Part shown: positions 54,055-62,717 of the stretch, piece after piece | How the letters are laid out: each line of letters begins with the position of its first letter | Numbering within the stretch: the first letter of the stretch is position 1 | DNA from: Gaiellaceae bacterium | GTDB lineage: Bacteria; Actinomycetota; Thermoleophilia; Gaiellales; Gaiellaceae | Length of the DNA: 64,000 nt | Direction: 5' to 3' | Assembly: GCA_036260475.1 (NCBI GenBank) | Contig: DATAMX010000060.1 | Coordinates: forward strand, 2,010 to 66,009 | The notes under the pieces: generated by a model | Told to the model about the DNA's origin: nothing | What the model saw: the letters and a program-made list of their open reading frames with translations, nothing else | The model's database searches: none | Position numbers and translations under genes: made by a program

Positions 54055-54236
54055 GCCCGCGCTCAACGTCCCGCTCCCGGCCCACGTCGCGCCGCGGCCT
54101 CGAGGATCGCGCCGAAGTGCGGTGTCGCGACTGCGGATACGGCGCGGTCGTCGCCCGCCTGCCCGAGCGCTGCCCGATGTGCGAGGGCACCGCCTGGCGG
54201 GGCCGCGCCCGCCGATTGCAAGCCCTCCGGCGATGA
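54051..54236 (+). CDS. Rubredoxin-like zinc-ribbon protein
   Basis: 61 aa with VRCRDCGYGAVVARLPERCPMCEGTAW (CxxC...CxxC). ATGA overlaps on both sides. Confidence 0.6.
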   Translation: MSPRSTSRSRPTSRRGLEDRAEVRCRDCGYGAVVARLPERCPMCEGTAWRGRARRLQALRR

Positions 54237-55128
54237 GCGCCGCACCGGAAGTGCCACCCGCCCGGCTCGAGTCCTTCCTCGCCGAGATGCTGCTGATCCG
54301 GCGCTTCGAGGAAAAGGTCGAGGAGCGCTTCCGCGCCGGCGATCTCGCCGGCTTTCTGCACGCCGACATCGGCCAGGAGGCGGTCGCCGTCGGCGTCTGC
54401 CGAGCGCTCGCCGACGGCGACACGATCGCCTCGACGCACCGAGCGCACGGCCACGTGCTCGCGAACGGCACTCCCGCCACCGAGGTGATGGCCGAGCTGT
54501 ACGGAAAGGCCGAGGGCTGCTCCCACGGTTACGGCGGCTCGATGCACCTGTACGACGTCGCGCGCGGGAACATGGGCGCGAACGCCGTCGTCGGAGGCGG
54601 ACTGCCGGCGGTCGTGGGAGGAGCGCTCGCGTTCAAGATGCGCGGCGAGCCGCGCGTCGCGGTCGCGTTCTTCGGCGACGGGGCGACGAACACGGGCGTC
54701 TTTCACGAGTCCCTGAATCTCGCGCAGCTCTGGTTGGTCCCCGCCGTCTTCGTCTGCGAGAACAACCGGTGGTCCGAGTCGACGCCGCAGTGGCAGCATC
54801 AGCCGATCGAGGATCTGACCAACCGTGCGGTCGCGTTCGGCATGCACGCCCTGCACGTCGACGGTCAGGACGTCGAAGCCGTCCATCTCGCCGCGCGCGA
54901 CGCGGTGGCCCGCGCGCGGTCCGGGAAGGGCCCGGTGTTCCTGCTCTCGAGACGGAGTGTCTGACCGGCCACTACATCGGCGACGCGCAGGTGTACCGCG
55001 ACAAGACCGAAGCGCGAGCCGTCGTCGAGAACGCGTTGGCATTCGCGCTCGCGGGCACCGATCCCGAGCCGGGCGACGCGCTCGAGTACGTGTATTCGGA
55101 ACCGAAACCGACCAGAGCCGCGCCGTGA
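54233..55128 (+). pseudogene. Decayed 2-oxoacid (pyruvate/acetoin) dehydrogenase E1 alpha subunit gene
   Basis: Good E1-alpha homology (IRRFEEKV...HRAHGH...YGGSMH...FFGDGATNTGVFHESLNLA...VCENNRWSEST). There is a frameshift at about 54944-54949 (…GKGPVFLL / ETECLTGHYIGDAQVYRDKTE…). About 40 aa are missing before the C-terminal ...AVVENALAFALAGTDPEP. No E1-beta or E2 gene follows. Confidence 0.75.
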
Positions 55129-55191
55129 CGGCCGGCATCGAGAGGAGCACGCGATGAAACGGATCGAGCTCGTCTGCTCAGGTGGTGGACG

Positions 55192-55653
55192 ATGAGCCTC
55201 GTCGTCGTCGGCGTCGACCAGTCCGACGGAGCGAAGGCGGCGCTCGCCTTCGCGCACGAGGAAGCGCGCCTGCGCAATGCGACGCTGCGCGCGGTCCACG
55301 CCTGGCAGTTCGGATACATCGGCTACACCGGCTTCGAAGGCGCCGTTCCCGCTCTCGGGGGCGACATCGCCGAGCTCCGCGCGGCGGCGGTGGCCGCTCT
55401 CGATGCGACCGTGCGCGCAGTGCTCCCCGACCCGGGCGGGGTCGAGATCGAGCAGCGGGTCGTCGAAGGGACTGCCGGCGCCGTCCTCGTCGACGAGTCG
55501 TCCCGAGCCGATCTGCTCGTCGTGGGCTCCCGCGGGCACGGGGGCTTTGCCCAACTGCTGCTCGGCTCCGTCGGCCAGCAGTGCGCCCACCATGCCGCCT
55601 GCCCGGTCGTGATCGTCCGACCGAAGGCGGAGGCCGCCGCGCCTCCGCGATGA
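55192..55653 (+). CDS. Universal stress protein (UspA family)
   Basis: VVVGVD.S..A..AL.FA...A......L.AVHAW...ADLLVVGSRGHGGF...LLGSV...C.HHA.CPVVIV. Confidence 0.88.
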   Translation: MSLVVVGVDQSDGAKAALAFAHEEARLRNATLRAVHAWQFGYIGYTGFEGAVPALGGDIAELRAAAVAALDATVRAVLPDPGGVEIEQRVVEGTAGAVLVDESSRADLLVVGSRGHGGFAQLLLGSVGQQCAHHAACPVVIVRPKAEAAAPPR

Positions 55654-55706
55654 GTTCCGCGCCGCACTGTCGTCCAAGAGACGAACCCCACGACAGGAGG
55701 CCGGAA

Positions 55707-56114
55707 ATGTCGCAGGTGCAGTCCACGTCCAAGCTCAACCTCTTCCAGGTCGGCCGCGTCTGCGTCACCGTCGCGGACACGGATCGCGCGATCGACTTCT
55801 ACGTCGACAAGCTCGGCTTCGAGAAGGTCGTCGACGTCCCGATGGGCGACGCGGGCCGCTGGGTCGAGGTCGCCATTCCGGGCGCGACGACGACGATCGC
55901 GCTCGCTCCGCCGCCTCAGGGTCAGGAGGCAGGCGGCGGTCAGACCGGCATCTGCCTCGACACGAAGGACGTCGACGCAGACCACGCGGCGCTGAAGGCC
56001 GCCGGCGTCGACGTCGACGACGAGGTCACCCGCTGGGGCGGCCCCATCCCGCCGATGTTCTGGCTGCGCGACCCGGACGGCAACTCGCTCATCGTCGTCG
56101 AGCCGACCGCGTAG
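55707..56114 (+). CDS. VOC/glyoxalase-family protein
   Basis: ACAGGAGG RBS. VGRVCVTVADTDRAIDFYVDKLGFEKV...FWLRDPDGNSLIVVE. Confidence 0.85.
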   Translation: MSQVQSTSKLNLFQVGRVCVTVADTDRAIDFYVDKLGFEKVVDVPMGDAGRWVEVAIPGATTTIALAPPPQGQEAGGGQTGICLDTKDVDADHAALKAAGVDVDDEVTRWGGPIPPMFWLRDPDGNSLIVVEPTA

Positions 56115-56197
56115 CGATCGTCGAGGCCGGCGCCGCCCGAAGCGGCGCCGGCCCGAGCGCGTATGGTCGCCCGGTGATCCCCGACAGGAGGGCGGCC

Positions 56198-56608
56198 ATG
56201 CAAGTGACGAAAAGCTCCGTAGCGACGGTGCAGGGGCCGAGCGACTGGTTCACCGGCAACGTCTACATCGATGCGGTCGCGGCGCCGTCCGGGCCGTCGC
56301 GCCTGAGCGCCAGTTGCGTCCACTTCACCCCCGGCGCGCGAACGGCGTGGCACACCCACCCGAACGGTCAGACGATCTACGTCCTCGAGGGCGTCGGTCG
56401 CGCCCAGCGTCGCGGTGGCGAGCTCGAGGTCATCCATCCCGGCGACCGCGTCTTCTTCGAGCCCGGCGAGGAGCACTGGCACGGTGCCGCGCCCGACCGC
56501 TTCATGACGCACCTCGCGCTGATCGACGTCGGCGACGACGGCACGAGCGCCGACTGGGGCGACCACGTCACCGACGAGGAGTACGGCGGGCCGTCAGCCA
56601 CCCCGTGA
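56198..56608 (+). CDS. Cupin domain protein
   Basis: ACAGGAGGG RBS. F.PGARTAWHTHPNGQTIYVLEGVG...PGEEHWHGA. Confidence 0.82.
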   Translation: MQVTKSSVATVQGPSDWFTGNVYIDAVAAPSGPSRLSASCVHFTPGARTAWHTHPNGQTIYVLEGVGRAQRRGGELEVIHPGDRVFFEPGEEHWHGAAPDRFMTHLALIDVGDDGTSADWGDHVTDEEYGGPSATP

Positions 56609-56656
56609 CGGCAGGCGGCGGTCGAAAGAACGGGCTCTGACATAAGGTGTGCCTGG

Positions 56657-56905
56657 ATGAGCGACACGCACGCGATCGGCGGCACCGTGGACATCCGCGC
56701 GCCCGGGGGGCCGGAGATCCGCTGGCGCACCCAGCGGATGGTGAGTCTCGGGGCCGATGCGGAGCTCGCGGCGAGCATCGCCTCGAGCGACGCCGACGTG
56801 CACGACATCGAGCGTCTGCTCAAGGCGGGATGCTCGCTCGAGCTGGCCTGGACGATCACCAGGCCGATCGAGGACTCGCCTCGGGCCGACTCTCAGCCCG
56901 TCTAG
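56657..56905 (+). CDS. Small helical hypothetical protein, paralog of 50257..50493
   Basis: 82 aa with very high GC3. Same W.R...V..G....LAA..A...D.H....L..GC...LA..I..P.E pattern as the ORF at 50257. Confidence 0.62.
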   Translation: MSDTHAIGGTVDIRAPGGPEIRWRTQRMVSLGADAELAASIASSDADVHDIERLLKAGCSLELAWTITRPIEDSPRADSQPV

Positions 56906-57000
56906 GTCGACGCGATCCCATCGATCCGGCGGGAAGCGCGACGCGCTCGAGCGCCTGCGCGCGGCGACGTCGCCCGCCGCCGGCCCGCCATACTGGCGAG

Positions 57001-57267
57001 GTGAGCTGCACGCACCTCGACGAGATCCAGGTGACGCACGTCCCGGCCGAGATCGCGGGCTGCGAGGAGTGCCTGAAGACGGGCAGCCGGTGGGTGCACC
57101 TGCGCATGTGCCAGGTGTGCGGGAAGATCGGCTGCTGCGACAACTCGCCGAACAAGCACGCGACCGCGCACTTCCACGAGACGTCGCACCCGATCATCCG
57201 CTCGGCGGAGCCGGGCGAGGACTGGTCGTGGTGCTACGTCGACGAGATCGGGTTCGAGCTCGGTTGA
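57001..57267 (+). CDS. UBP-type zinc-finger (zf-UBP) domain protein
   Basis: CTHL...C.EC......WVHLRMCQVCGKIGCCDNSPNKHATAHFHETSHPI...WSWCYVDE. The GTG start was chosen by homology logic. Confidence 0.75.
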   Translation: MSCTHLDEIQVTHVPAEIAGCEECLKTGSRWVHLRMCQVCGKIGCCDNSPNKHATAHFHETSHPIIRSAEPGEDWSWCYVDEIGFELG

Positions 57268-58148
57268 CGCTCTGGCCCGCACTTCCGTACGCGGAGTGGA
57301 AGGGCACTCGGGACACGCTGCACATGCAGCTGCAGGTGATCGGCAAGGTGCGTCTTGCGCTGTCTCCGTTCGAGCCGCAGTGGGCGAACGTGCCGCTGTA
57401 CCTCACCGGACGCGGCGTCACGACGTCGACGATCCCGCATCCGGGCGGAGACGTGTTCGACATCGACGTCGACCTCGTCGACCATCGCGTTGCCGTGCGC
57501 ACCGGCGCGGGCCGCGTCGAGCACCTGCCGCTGCAGGCGCCCGTGGCCGGCTTCTACGCCGCGATGATGGACGCGCTCGCGCGTGCGGAGGTCCCGGTCG
57601 AGATCTCGACGCTGCCCTCCGAGGTGCCCGATCCCATTCCCTTCCCGGACGACACGCTGCACGCGACGTATGACGGCGACGCGGTGACGCGCTACTGGCG
57701 CACGCTGCTCGGCATCGAGGCCGTGTTGCGCGAGTTCCGCGCCCGCTTCCACGGGAAGACACCGCCCGTGCAGCTGTGGTGGGGCTCGCTCGATCTCGCC
57801 ATGGCGCTGTACACGGGCAGGCCTATCGAGACTCCGCCCGACGCAGACGTGATCACGCGCCTCGGCGGCGACGAGTCGTACTTCTGCGCCGGGTTCTGGC
57901 CCGGCGACCATCGGCTGGCGCAACCGGCGTTCTTCGCCTACATGTACCCGAAGCCGGACGGCGTCGAGCAGGCGCCGTGGTGGCACGACGCACTGGGCGA
58001 GTTCGTGCTGCCGTACGACGACGTCCGCCGCAGCGGCGATCCCCGAGCCAAGCTGCTCGAGTTCGTCGACGGTGCGTTCGACGTCTGCTGGACGCCCGGC
58101 GACGTTCAGGCGAGTGTCCTGCGCACCGCCTCGGCCCACCCCGCGTAG
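57264..58148 (+). CDS. DUF5996-family protein
   Basis: WPALPYAEWKGTRDTLHMQLQVIGKVRLALSPFEPQWANVPLYLTGRGVTTS. The TTG start overlaps the zf-UBP stop (TTGA). Confidence 0.75.
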   Translation: MTLWPALPYAEWKGTRDTLHMQLQVIGKVRLALSPFEPQWANVPLYLTGRGVTTSTIPHPGGDVFDIDVDLVDHRVAVRTGAGRVEHLPLQAPVAGFYAAMMDALARAEVPVEISTLPSEVPDPIPFPDDTLHATYDGDAVTRYWRTLLGIEAVLREFRARFHGKTPPVQLWWGSLDLAMALYTGRPIETPPDADVITRLGGDESYFCAGFWPGDHRLAQPAFFAYMYPKPDGVEQAPWWHDALGEFVLPYDDVRRSGDPRAKLLEFVDGAFDVCWTPGDVQASVLRTASAHPA

Positions 58149-59464
58149 AGGTCGGACACGCCGCGAGCCGGCTCGAAGCGCTCTCCGGCGGGCGCGGGGC
58201 GCCGCTCGCCGAGTGCGAGCAGGGCCGCACCGAGGGCGGTCTGCTCGGGCTCGCGCGCCGTCTCCACGGGGATCCCGAGCAGGTCGGCGAGGAACTGCAT
58301 CAGCCAGCGGTTCCGTGTCATGCCGCCGTCGACGCGGAGCGACTCCAGCGGTGGCATGACGGCCAGGACGTCGGCGGTCTGGTACGCCGTAGCCTCGAGC
58401 GCTGCGCGCACGAGATGCGCGCGCGTCGTCCCGCCCGTGATGCCGGTGACGAGGCCGCGGGCGTCAGGGCGCCAGTGCGGCGAGCCGAGCCCGGCGAGCG
58501 CGGGCACGAAGTAGACGCCGCCGGTGTCCACGACCGAGGAGGCGAGCAGCTCGCTCTCCGACGCGTCCCCGATGAGCCCGAGCCCGTCGCGCAGCCATTG
58601 GAGCGCGGCCCCGGTGGCGAAGACCGCGCCCTCGAGCGCCCTGCGTCGCGGCTCGTCCTCGAGCCGGGCCGCCGCGGTGCGCAAGAGCCCGTGCGGCGCC
58701 GGCTCCTCGGTTTCGACGAGCACGAAGGCGCCGGTTCCGAAGGTCGCCTTCGCGCCTCCGGCCGCGTAGAGCGCCGCCTGCTGGTCGCCGGCGATCCCGC
58801 GGATCGGCAGCGTGTCGCCGAACAGCTCACCTTCGCCGAAGCTCCCACCGGACGGTCTGATCTCCGGGAGCAGATCGCGCGGGACGTGGAACAGCTCGAG
58901 CAGCTCGTCGTCCCAGTCGAGCGTCTCGAGCGAGCAGAGGAGCGTACGCGAGGCGTTCGTCTCGTCGATCGCATGGACGCGTCCGCCCGTCAGCTTCCAC
59001 ACGAGCCACGTGTCGACGGTGCCGAAGGCGAGACCGCGCACGTCGCGGTCGCGCAGGAGCCACTCGAGCTTCGTCGCCGAGAAGTACGGATCGGGGACGA
59101 GCCCGGTGCGCGCACGGATGAGCTCGGCGGGCAACTCGGCGCAGCGCGCGGCGGTTCGCCGGTCCTGCCACACGATCGCGTTGTGCACGGGGCGCCCGGT
59201 GTCGCGCTCCCAGAGGAGGGTCGTCTCCCGCTGGTTCGTGACGGCGATCTGCGTCGGTGCGGCGCCCGCGGACGCGATCGCCTGCTCGGCGGCGGCAAGC
59301 ACGCTCTCCCAGATCTGCTCCGGGTCGTGCTCCACCCAGCCCGGGTGCGGGAAATGCTGCGTCAGCTCGGCGTAGCCGCGGCCGCAGATCGTGAGACCGT
59401 CGTCGACGAGAAGGCACGTCGTCCCGGTCGTCCCCTGGTCGACTGCGAGGATCACGCCGGCGAC
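58106..59464 (-). CDS. glpK: Glycerol kinase (FGGY family)
   Basis: ILAVDQGTTGT...HPGWVEHDP.EIW...NQRETT.LWER.TG.P...AIVWQDRRTA...GIAGDQQAAL...GTG.F. The start is taken at GTG (VAGVILAVDQG); the track ORF extends to 59518 and would abut cydA. Confidence 0.85.
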   Translation of the reverse strand, partial: VAGVILAVDQGTTGTTCLLVDDGLTICGRGYAELTQHFPHPGWVEHDPEQIWESVLAAAEQAIASAGAAPTQIAVTNQRETTLLWERDTGRPVHNAIVWQDRRTAARCAELPAELIRARTGLVPDPYFSATKLEWLLRDRDVRGLAFGTVDTWLVWKLTGGRVHAIDETNASRTLLCSLETLDWDDELLELFHVPRDLLPEIRPSGGSFGEGELFGDTLPIRGIAGDQQAALYAAGGAKATFGTGAFVLVETEEPAPHGLLRTAAARLEDEPRRRALEGAVFATGAALQWLRDGLGLIGDASESELLASSVVDTGGVYFVPALAGLGSPHWRPDARGLVTGITGGTTRAHLVRAALEATAYQTADVLAVMPPLESLRVDGGMTRNRWLMQFLADLLGIPVETAREPEQTALGAALLALGERRPAPAGERFEPARGVSDLYAGWAEAVRRTLA

Positions 59465-59516
59465 ACTAGCCTCGTCCCGCGGCTCGGCGCAGGCGATGCG
59501 TGATAGAGACCAAGGC

Positions 59517-60842
59517 ATGATCCCGCTCGCGGCCTTGCTCGGGCCCGCCGCACAGCACTACCTGCTGCAGGCGCGGCAGATGCAGGCGCTGTCGTTCGCG
59601 GTGCATATCCCACTCGTCTGCTTCGGCATCGCGTTCCCCGCGCTCGTTCTCTATCTCGAGTGGCGCTACCTGCGATCGGGCGACGAGGTGTACCGCAGGC
59701 TCGCGCGGCGCTGGACGAAGGTCATGACCGCGCTCTTCGCGGCCGGGGTCGTCACCGGCACGATCCTCAGCTTCGAGATGGGCCTGCTGTGGCCGAACTT
59801 CACCGGCACCTTCGGGAGCGTGTTCGGGCTCGGATTCGCAATCGAGGGCTTCTCCTTCTTCACGGAGGCCATCTTCATCGGCATCTACGTCTACGGCTGG
59901 ATCCGGATGTCGCCGCGCGCACACTTCCTCAGCGGGATTCCCATCGTCGTCGCCGGCTTCACCGGGTCGTGGATGGTGATCTCGGTGAACGGCTGGATGA
60001 ACCACCCCACGGGGTTCCGGCTCGTCAACGGCCACGTCGTCGACGTCCATCCGCTCACCGCGCTGTTCGCGAACGGCTACGTCTGGCACGAGGTCGTGCA
60101 CATGTACATCGCGGGGTACATGGTCACCGGGTTCGTCGTCGCGGGCGCGTATGCGGTCGGCAAGCTGCGCGGCCGGTGGGGACGATACGAGCGGATCGCG
60201 CTCGCGGTACCGCTCGCGGCGGCGACGCTCGCGTCGGTCACGCAGGTCTTCGTCGGCGACTGGAACGGTCGCGACGTCGCAGCCTCGCAGCCGGCGAAGC
60301 TCGCCGCCTTCGAGGGGCTCGGACACACGACCAAGGGCGCGCCGGTGCACATCCTCGGCTGGTACTCGAACGGCCGCGTCGAGTACGGCGTCCCGATCCC
60401 GCGCCTGCTGTCGCTGCTCGCGTTTCACAGCTCGCGCGCGACCGTGCGGGGGCTCGACGCCGTCGCTCCGGCCGACCGGCCGCCCGTGAACGTCGTGCGC
60501 TACTCGTTCCAGACCATGGTCGGCATCGGAACGATGCTGGCGCTGCTCTCGGTCGTCTACCTCGCCGTGCGCCTACGCCGTAGGCGGCTGCCGGAATCGG
60601 CGTGGTTCTACCGCGCGCTCGCAGCCGCCGCGCCACTGTCCGTCGTCGCGCTCATCGCCGGCTGGACGACGACGGAGGTCGGCCGCCAGCCGTGGGTGGT
60701 GTACCGCGTCATGCGCACGTCCGCAGCGGTGACCGGCGCGTCGGGCATCCCCGTCGGATACGCGACGCTCGCCCTCGTGTACCTCGCGCTCGCGGCCGGC
60801 GTCGCTTGGGTGCTCGTCCGCCTCTACCGGGCCGCGGACTGA
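59517..60842 (+). CDS. cydA: Cytochrome bd ubiquinol oxidase subunit I
   Basis: LSFAVHIPLVCFGIAFPALVL...GTILSFEMGLLWPNF...FFTEAIFIGIY. Multi-TM protein of about 441 aa. Confidence 0.88.
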   Translation: MIPLAALLGPAAQHYLLQARQMQALSFAVHIPLVCFGIAFPALVLYLEWRYLRSGDEVYRRLARRWTKVMTALFAAGVVTGTILSFEMGLLWPNFTGTFGSVFGLGFAIEGFSFFTEAIFIGIYVYGWIRMSPRAHFLSGIPIVVAGFTGSWMVISVNGWMNHPTGFRLVNGHVVDVHPLTALFANGYVWHEVVHMYIAGYMVTGFVVAGAYAVGKLRGRWGRYERIALAVPLAAATLASVTQVFVGDWNGRDVAASQPAKLAAFEGLGHTTKGAPVHILGWYSNGRVEYGVPIPRLLSLLAFHSSRATVRGLDAVAPADRPPVNVVRYSFQTMVGIGTMLALLSVVYLAVRLRRRRLPESAWFYRALAAAAPLSVVALIAGWTTTEVGRQPWVVYRVMRTSAAVTGASGIPVGYATLALVYLALAAGVAWVLVRLYRAAD

Positions 60843-62023
60843 TGCACCTCTACCTCCTCCCGCTTACGTTCGCGCTGGTCGGCCTCGCGCTCTACACCGT
60901 CCTCGGCGGCGCCGACTTCGGCGCCGGCTTCTGGCAGCTCGTTGCGACCGACGAGGACATCCGCGACGAGGCGCACCACGCGATGGCCCCCGTCTGGGAG
61001 GCGAACCACGTTTGGCTGATCTTTGTGCTCACCGTCGTGTGGACGGCCTACCCGGCGGCGTTCGGCTCGATCGCGTCGACGCTGTCGGTCCCGCTCTTCA
61101 TCGCCGGTATCGGCATCGTCCTCCGCGGGGGCGCGTACGCGCTGCGCGCCGGCACAAGGACTGCGGCCGAGCAACGTCGCGTCGACACGCTCTTCGCCGT
61201 GTCGTCGATCCTGACGCCGTTCGCGCTCGGCACCGCGGTCGGCGGCCTTGCCTCGGAACGCGTGAGCGTTGGCAACCCGGGTGGCAGCCTCGTCACGAGC
61301 TGGCTCAACCCACTGTCGATCACGATCGGCGTGCTCGCGGTGGCAGCGTCCGCGTACATGGCTGCGGTGTTCCTGAGCGCCGACGCCGTGCGGCACGGCA
61401 ACCCCGGGCTGGCCGAGCGCTTCCGCAGGCGTGCGCTCGCCGCCGGCGTCGTCGCCGGCGCCGCCGCACTCGCCGGCCTCGTCGTCCTCCACGTCGACGC
61501 CGAGCGCCTCTTCACGCATCTCACGCAGGGCGAGGGGCTGCCGCCGCTGGTCGTGTCCGTCGCCGCCGGCTGCGCGACGCTCGCGCTCCTGTGGCGCCGG
61601 CGCTACGAGCCGGCGCGCTACACCGCCGGGCTCGCCGTCGCGGCGGTCATCGCGGGCTGGGCGCTGGCCCAGAACCCGGTCTTCCTGCGCGGCCTGACGA
61701 TTCGCGAGGCGGCCGCATCGCACGACACGCTCGTCGCCGTGGTCGTCGCAGTCCTGGCGGGCGCCGTCCTGCTCTTCCCGTCCCTCGCGCTCCTCTTCCG
61801 GCTCACGCTGCGCGGAGCGCTCGACCACGTCGAGGGGGACGTCGCCGCCCGGCCGCAGATGATGAGCCCGGGCGCCGGCGGGACACGGCTCGCGACGGCG
61901 TTCCTCGTGGCCGGAGTCGGCTTCCTCACGGCGGCTGACGCGCCGTGGGCGCACGCGATCGGCGTCGTGTGCTTCTTCGGCTTCGCGGCGGCGGGCTTCC
62001 GCCGCGTCGCCGAGCCCTCCTAG
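60842..62023 (+). CDS. cydB: Cytochrome bd ubiquinol oxidase subunit II
   Basis: The start overlaps the cydA stop (TGATG). LGGADFGAGFWQL...APVWEANHVWLIF. 393 aa with a longer C-terminus than is typical. Confidence 0.85.
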   Translation: MHLYLLPLTFALVGLALYTVLGGADFGAGFWQLVATDEDIRDEAHHAMAPVWEANHVWLIFVLTVVWTAYPAAFGSIASTLSVPLFIAGIGIVLRGGAYALRAGTRTAAEQRRVDTLFAVSSILTPFALGTAVGGLASERVSVGNPGGSLVTSWLNPLSITIGVLAVAASAYMAAVFLSADAVRHGNPGLAERFRRRALAAGVVAGAAALAGLVVLHVDAERLFTHLTQGEGLPPLVVSVAAGCATLALLWRRRYEPARYTAGLAVAAVIAGWALAQNPVFLRGLTIREAAASHDTLVAVVVAVLAGAVLLFPSLALLFRLTLRGALDHVEGDVAARPQMMSPGAGGTRLATAFLVAGVGFLTAADAPWAHAIGVVCFFGFAAAGFRRVAEPS

Positions 62024-62086
62024 CCGCGGCGCGCGGCGGCGGGAAGATCCCGCTCTCGGGCAACCTCAGCAGGCATCGTATGGGGC

Positions 62087-62464
62087 ATGGACACAAAGAT
62101 CCCATTCCGTGCCGCGGCCCTCGTGGCAGTCGCGGCGCTCGCGGGCGCGACCGCCGCGGCCACGCGCGCGTCGTCGCCGCCGATCGGCCCGTTGCCGCCC
62201 GGCGCACACGCAACGGTCACGACGAAGGCCGGAGAGCTCGTCGCAGTCGCGCTGCCTCGTCGCTCCGGCGGCCGCGTGTGGCGCATCGCCCGGCGGTTCG
62301 ACGGCTCGGTGCTGCGCGAGGTGTCCGAGGCCGACGTCGGCCAGAGCGTCGTGATCGTCTTCAAGGCCGTGCGCCCGGGCGCGCTGACGCTCTCGTACGC
62401 GCTCACGCGCGGCGAGACGACGAAGGCGCTCGAAGCCCGCACCTTCACGGTGCGAATCCGATAG
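62087..62464 (+). CDS. Secreted small beta-rich hypothetical protein (chagasin/I42-inhibitor-like fold is only a guess)
   Basis: Signal peptide MDTKIPFRAAALVAVAALAGATAAA. 125 aa with high GC3. Confidence 0.6.
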   Translation: MDTKIPFRAAALVAVAALAGATAAATRASSPPIGPLPPGAHATVTTKAGELVAVALPRRSGGRVWRIARRFDGSVLREVSEADVGQSVVIVFKAVRPGALTLSYALTRGETTKALEARTFTVRIR

Positions 62465-62474
62465 AGGAGGACGC

Positions 62475-62717
62475 GTGAACGACCCACAGATCCACCAGTC
62501 GATCGAACAGCTCGTCGCCGAGGAGCACGAGCTGTGGCAACGGGAGTCCGCCGGGAACGCGACGGACGACGACCGGCGCCGGCTGCAGACGGTGCAGGTG
62601 TCGCTCGACCAGTGCTGGGACCTCCTGCGGCAGCGGCGGGCGCTGCGCAACGCGGGGCTCGATCCCGACTCGGCACGCGAGCGCCCGGCGGACGTGGTCG
62701 AGGGCTACCAGCAGTAA
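62475..62717 (+). CDS. DUF2630-family protein
   Basis: I..LVAEEHELW.........RL..V.V.LDQCWDLLRQRRA.R.AG.DPD.A..RP...VEGY.Q, the family hallmark. Confidence 0.82.
   Translation: MNDPQIHQSIEQLVAEEHELWQRESAGNATDDDRRRLQTVQVSLDQCWDLLRQRRALRNAGLDPDSARERPADVVEGYQQ

Noticed and set aside
54940-54952. Programmed ribosomal frameshift in the E1-alpha gene.
   Set aside because: There is no slippery heptamer or downstream structure. The gene also has an internal deletion of about 40 aa and lacks its E1-beta/E2 partners, so decay is the simpler explanation.
62534-62713. Using the in-frame GTG at 62534 or 62612 as the ndh start.
   Set aside because: GC3 in that frame is only about 47% over these 60 codons, and the segment lies entirely inside the DUF2630 gene, whose own frame has the coding signal.
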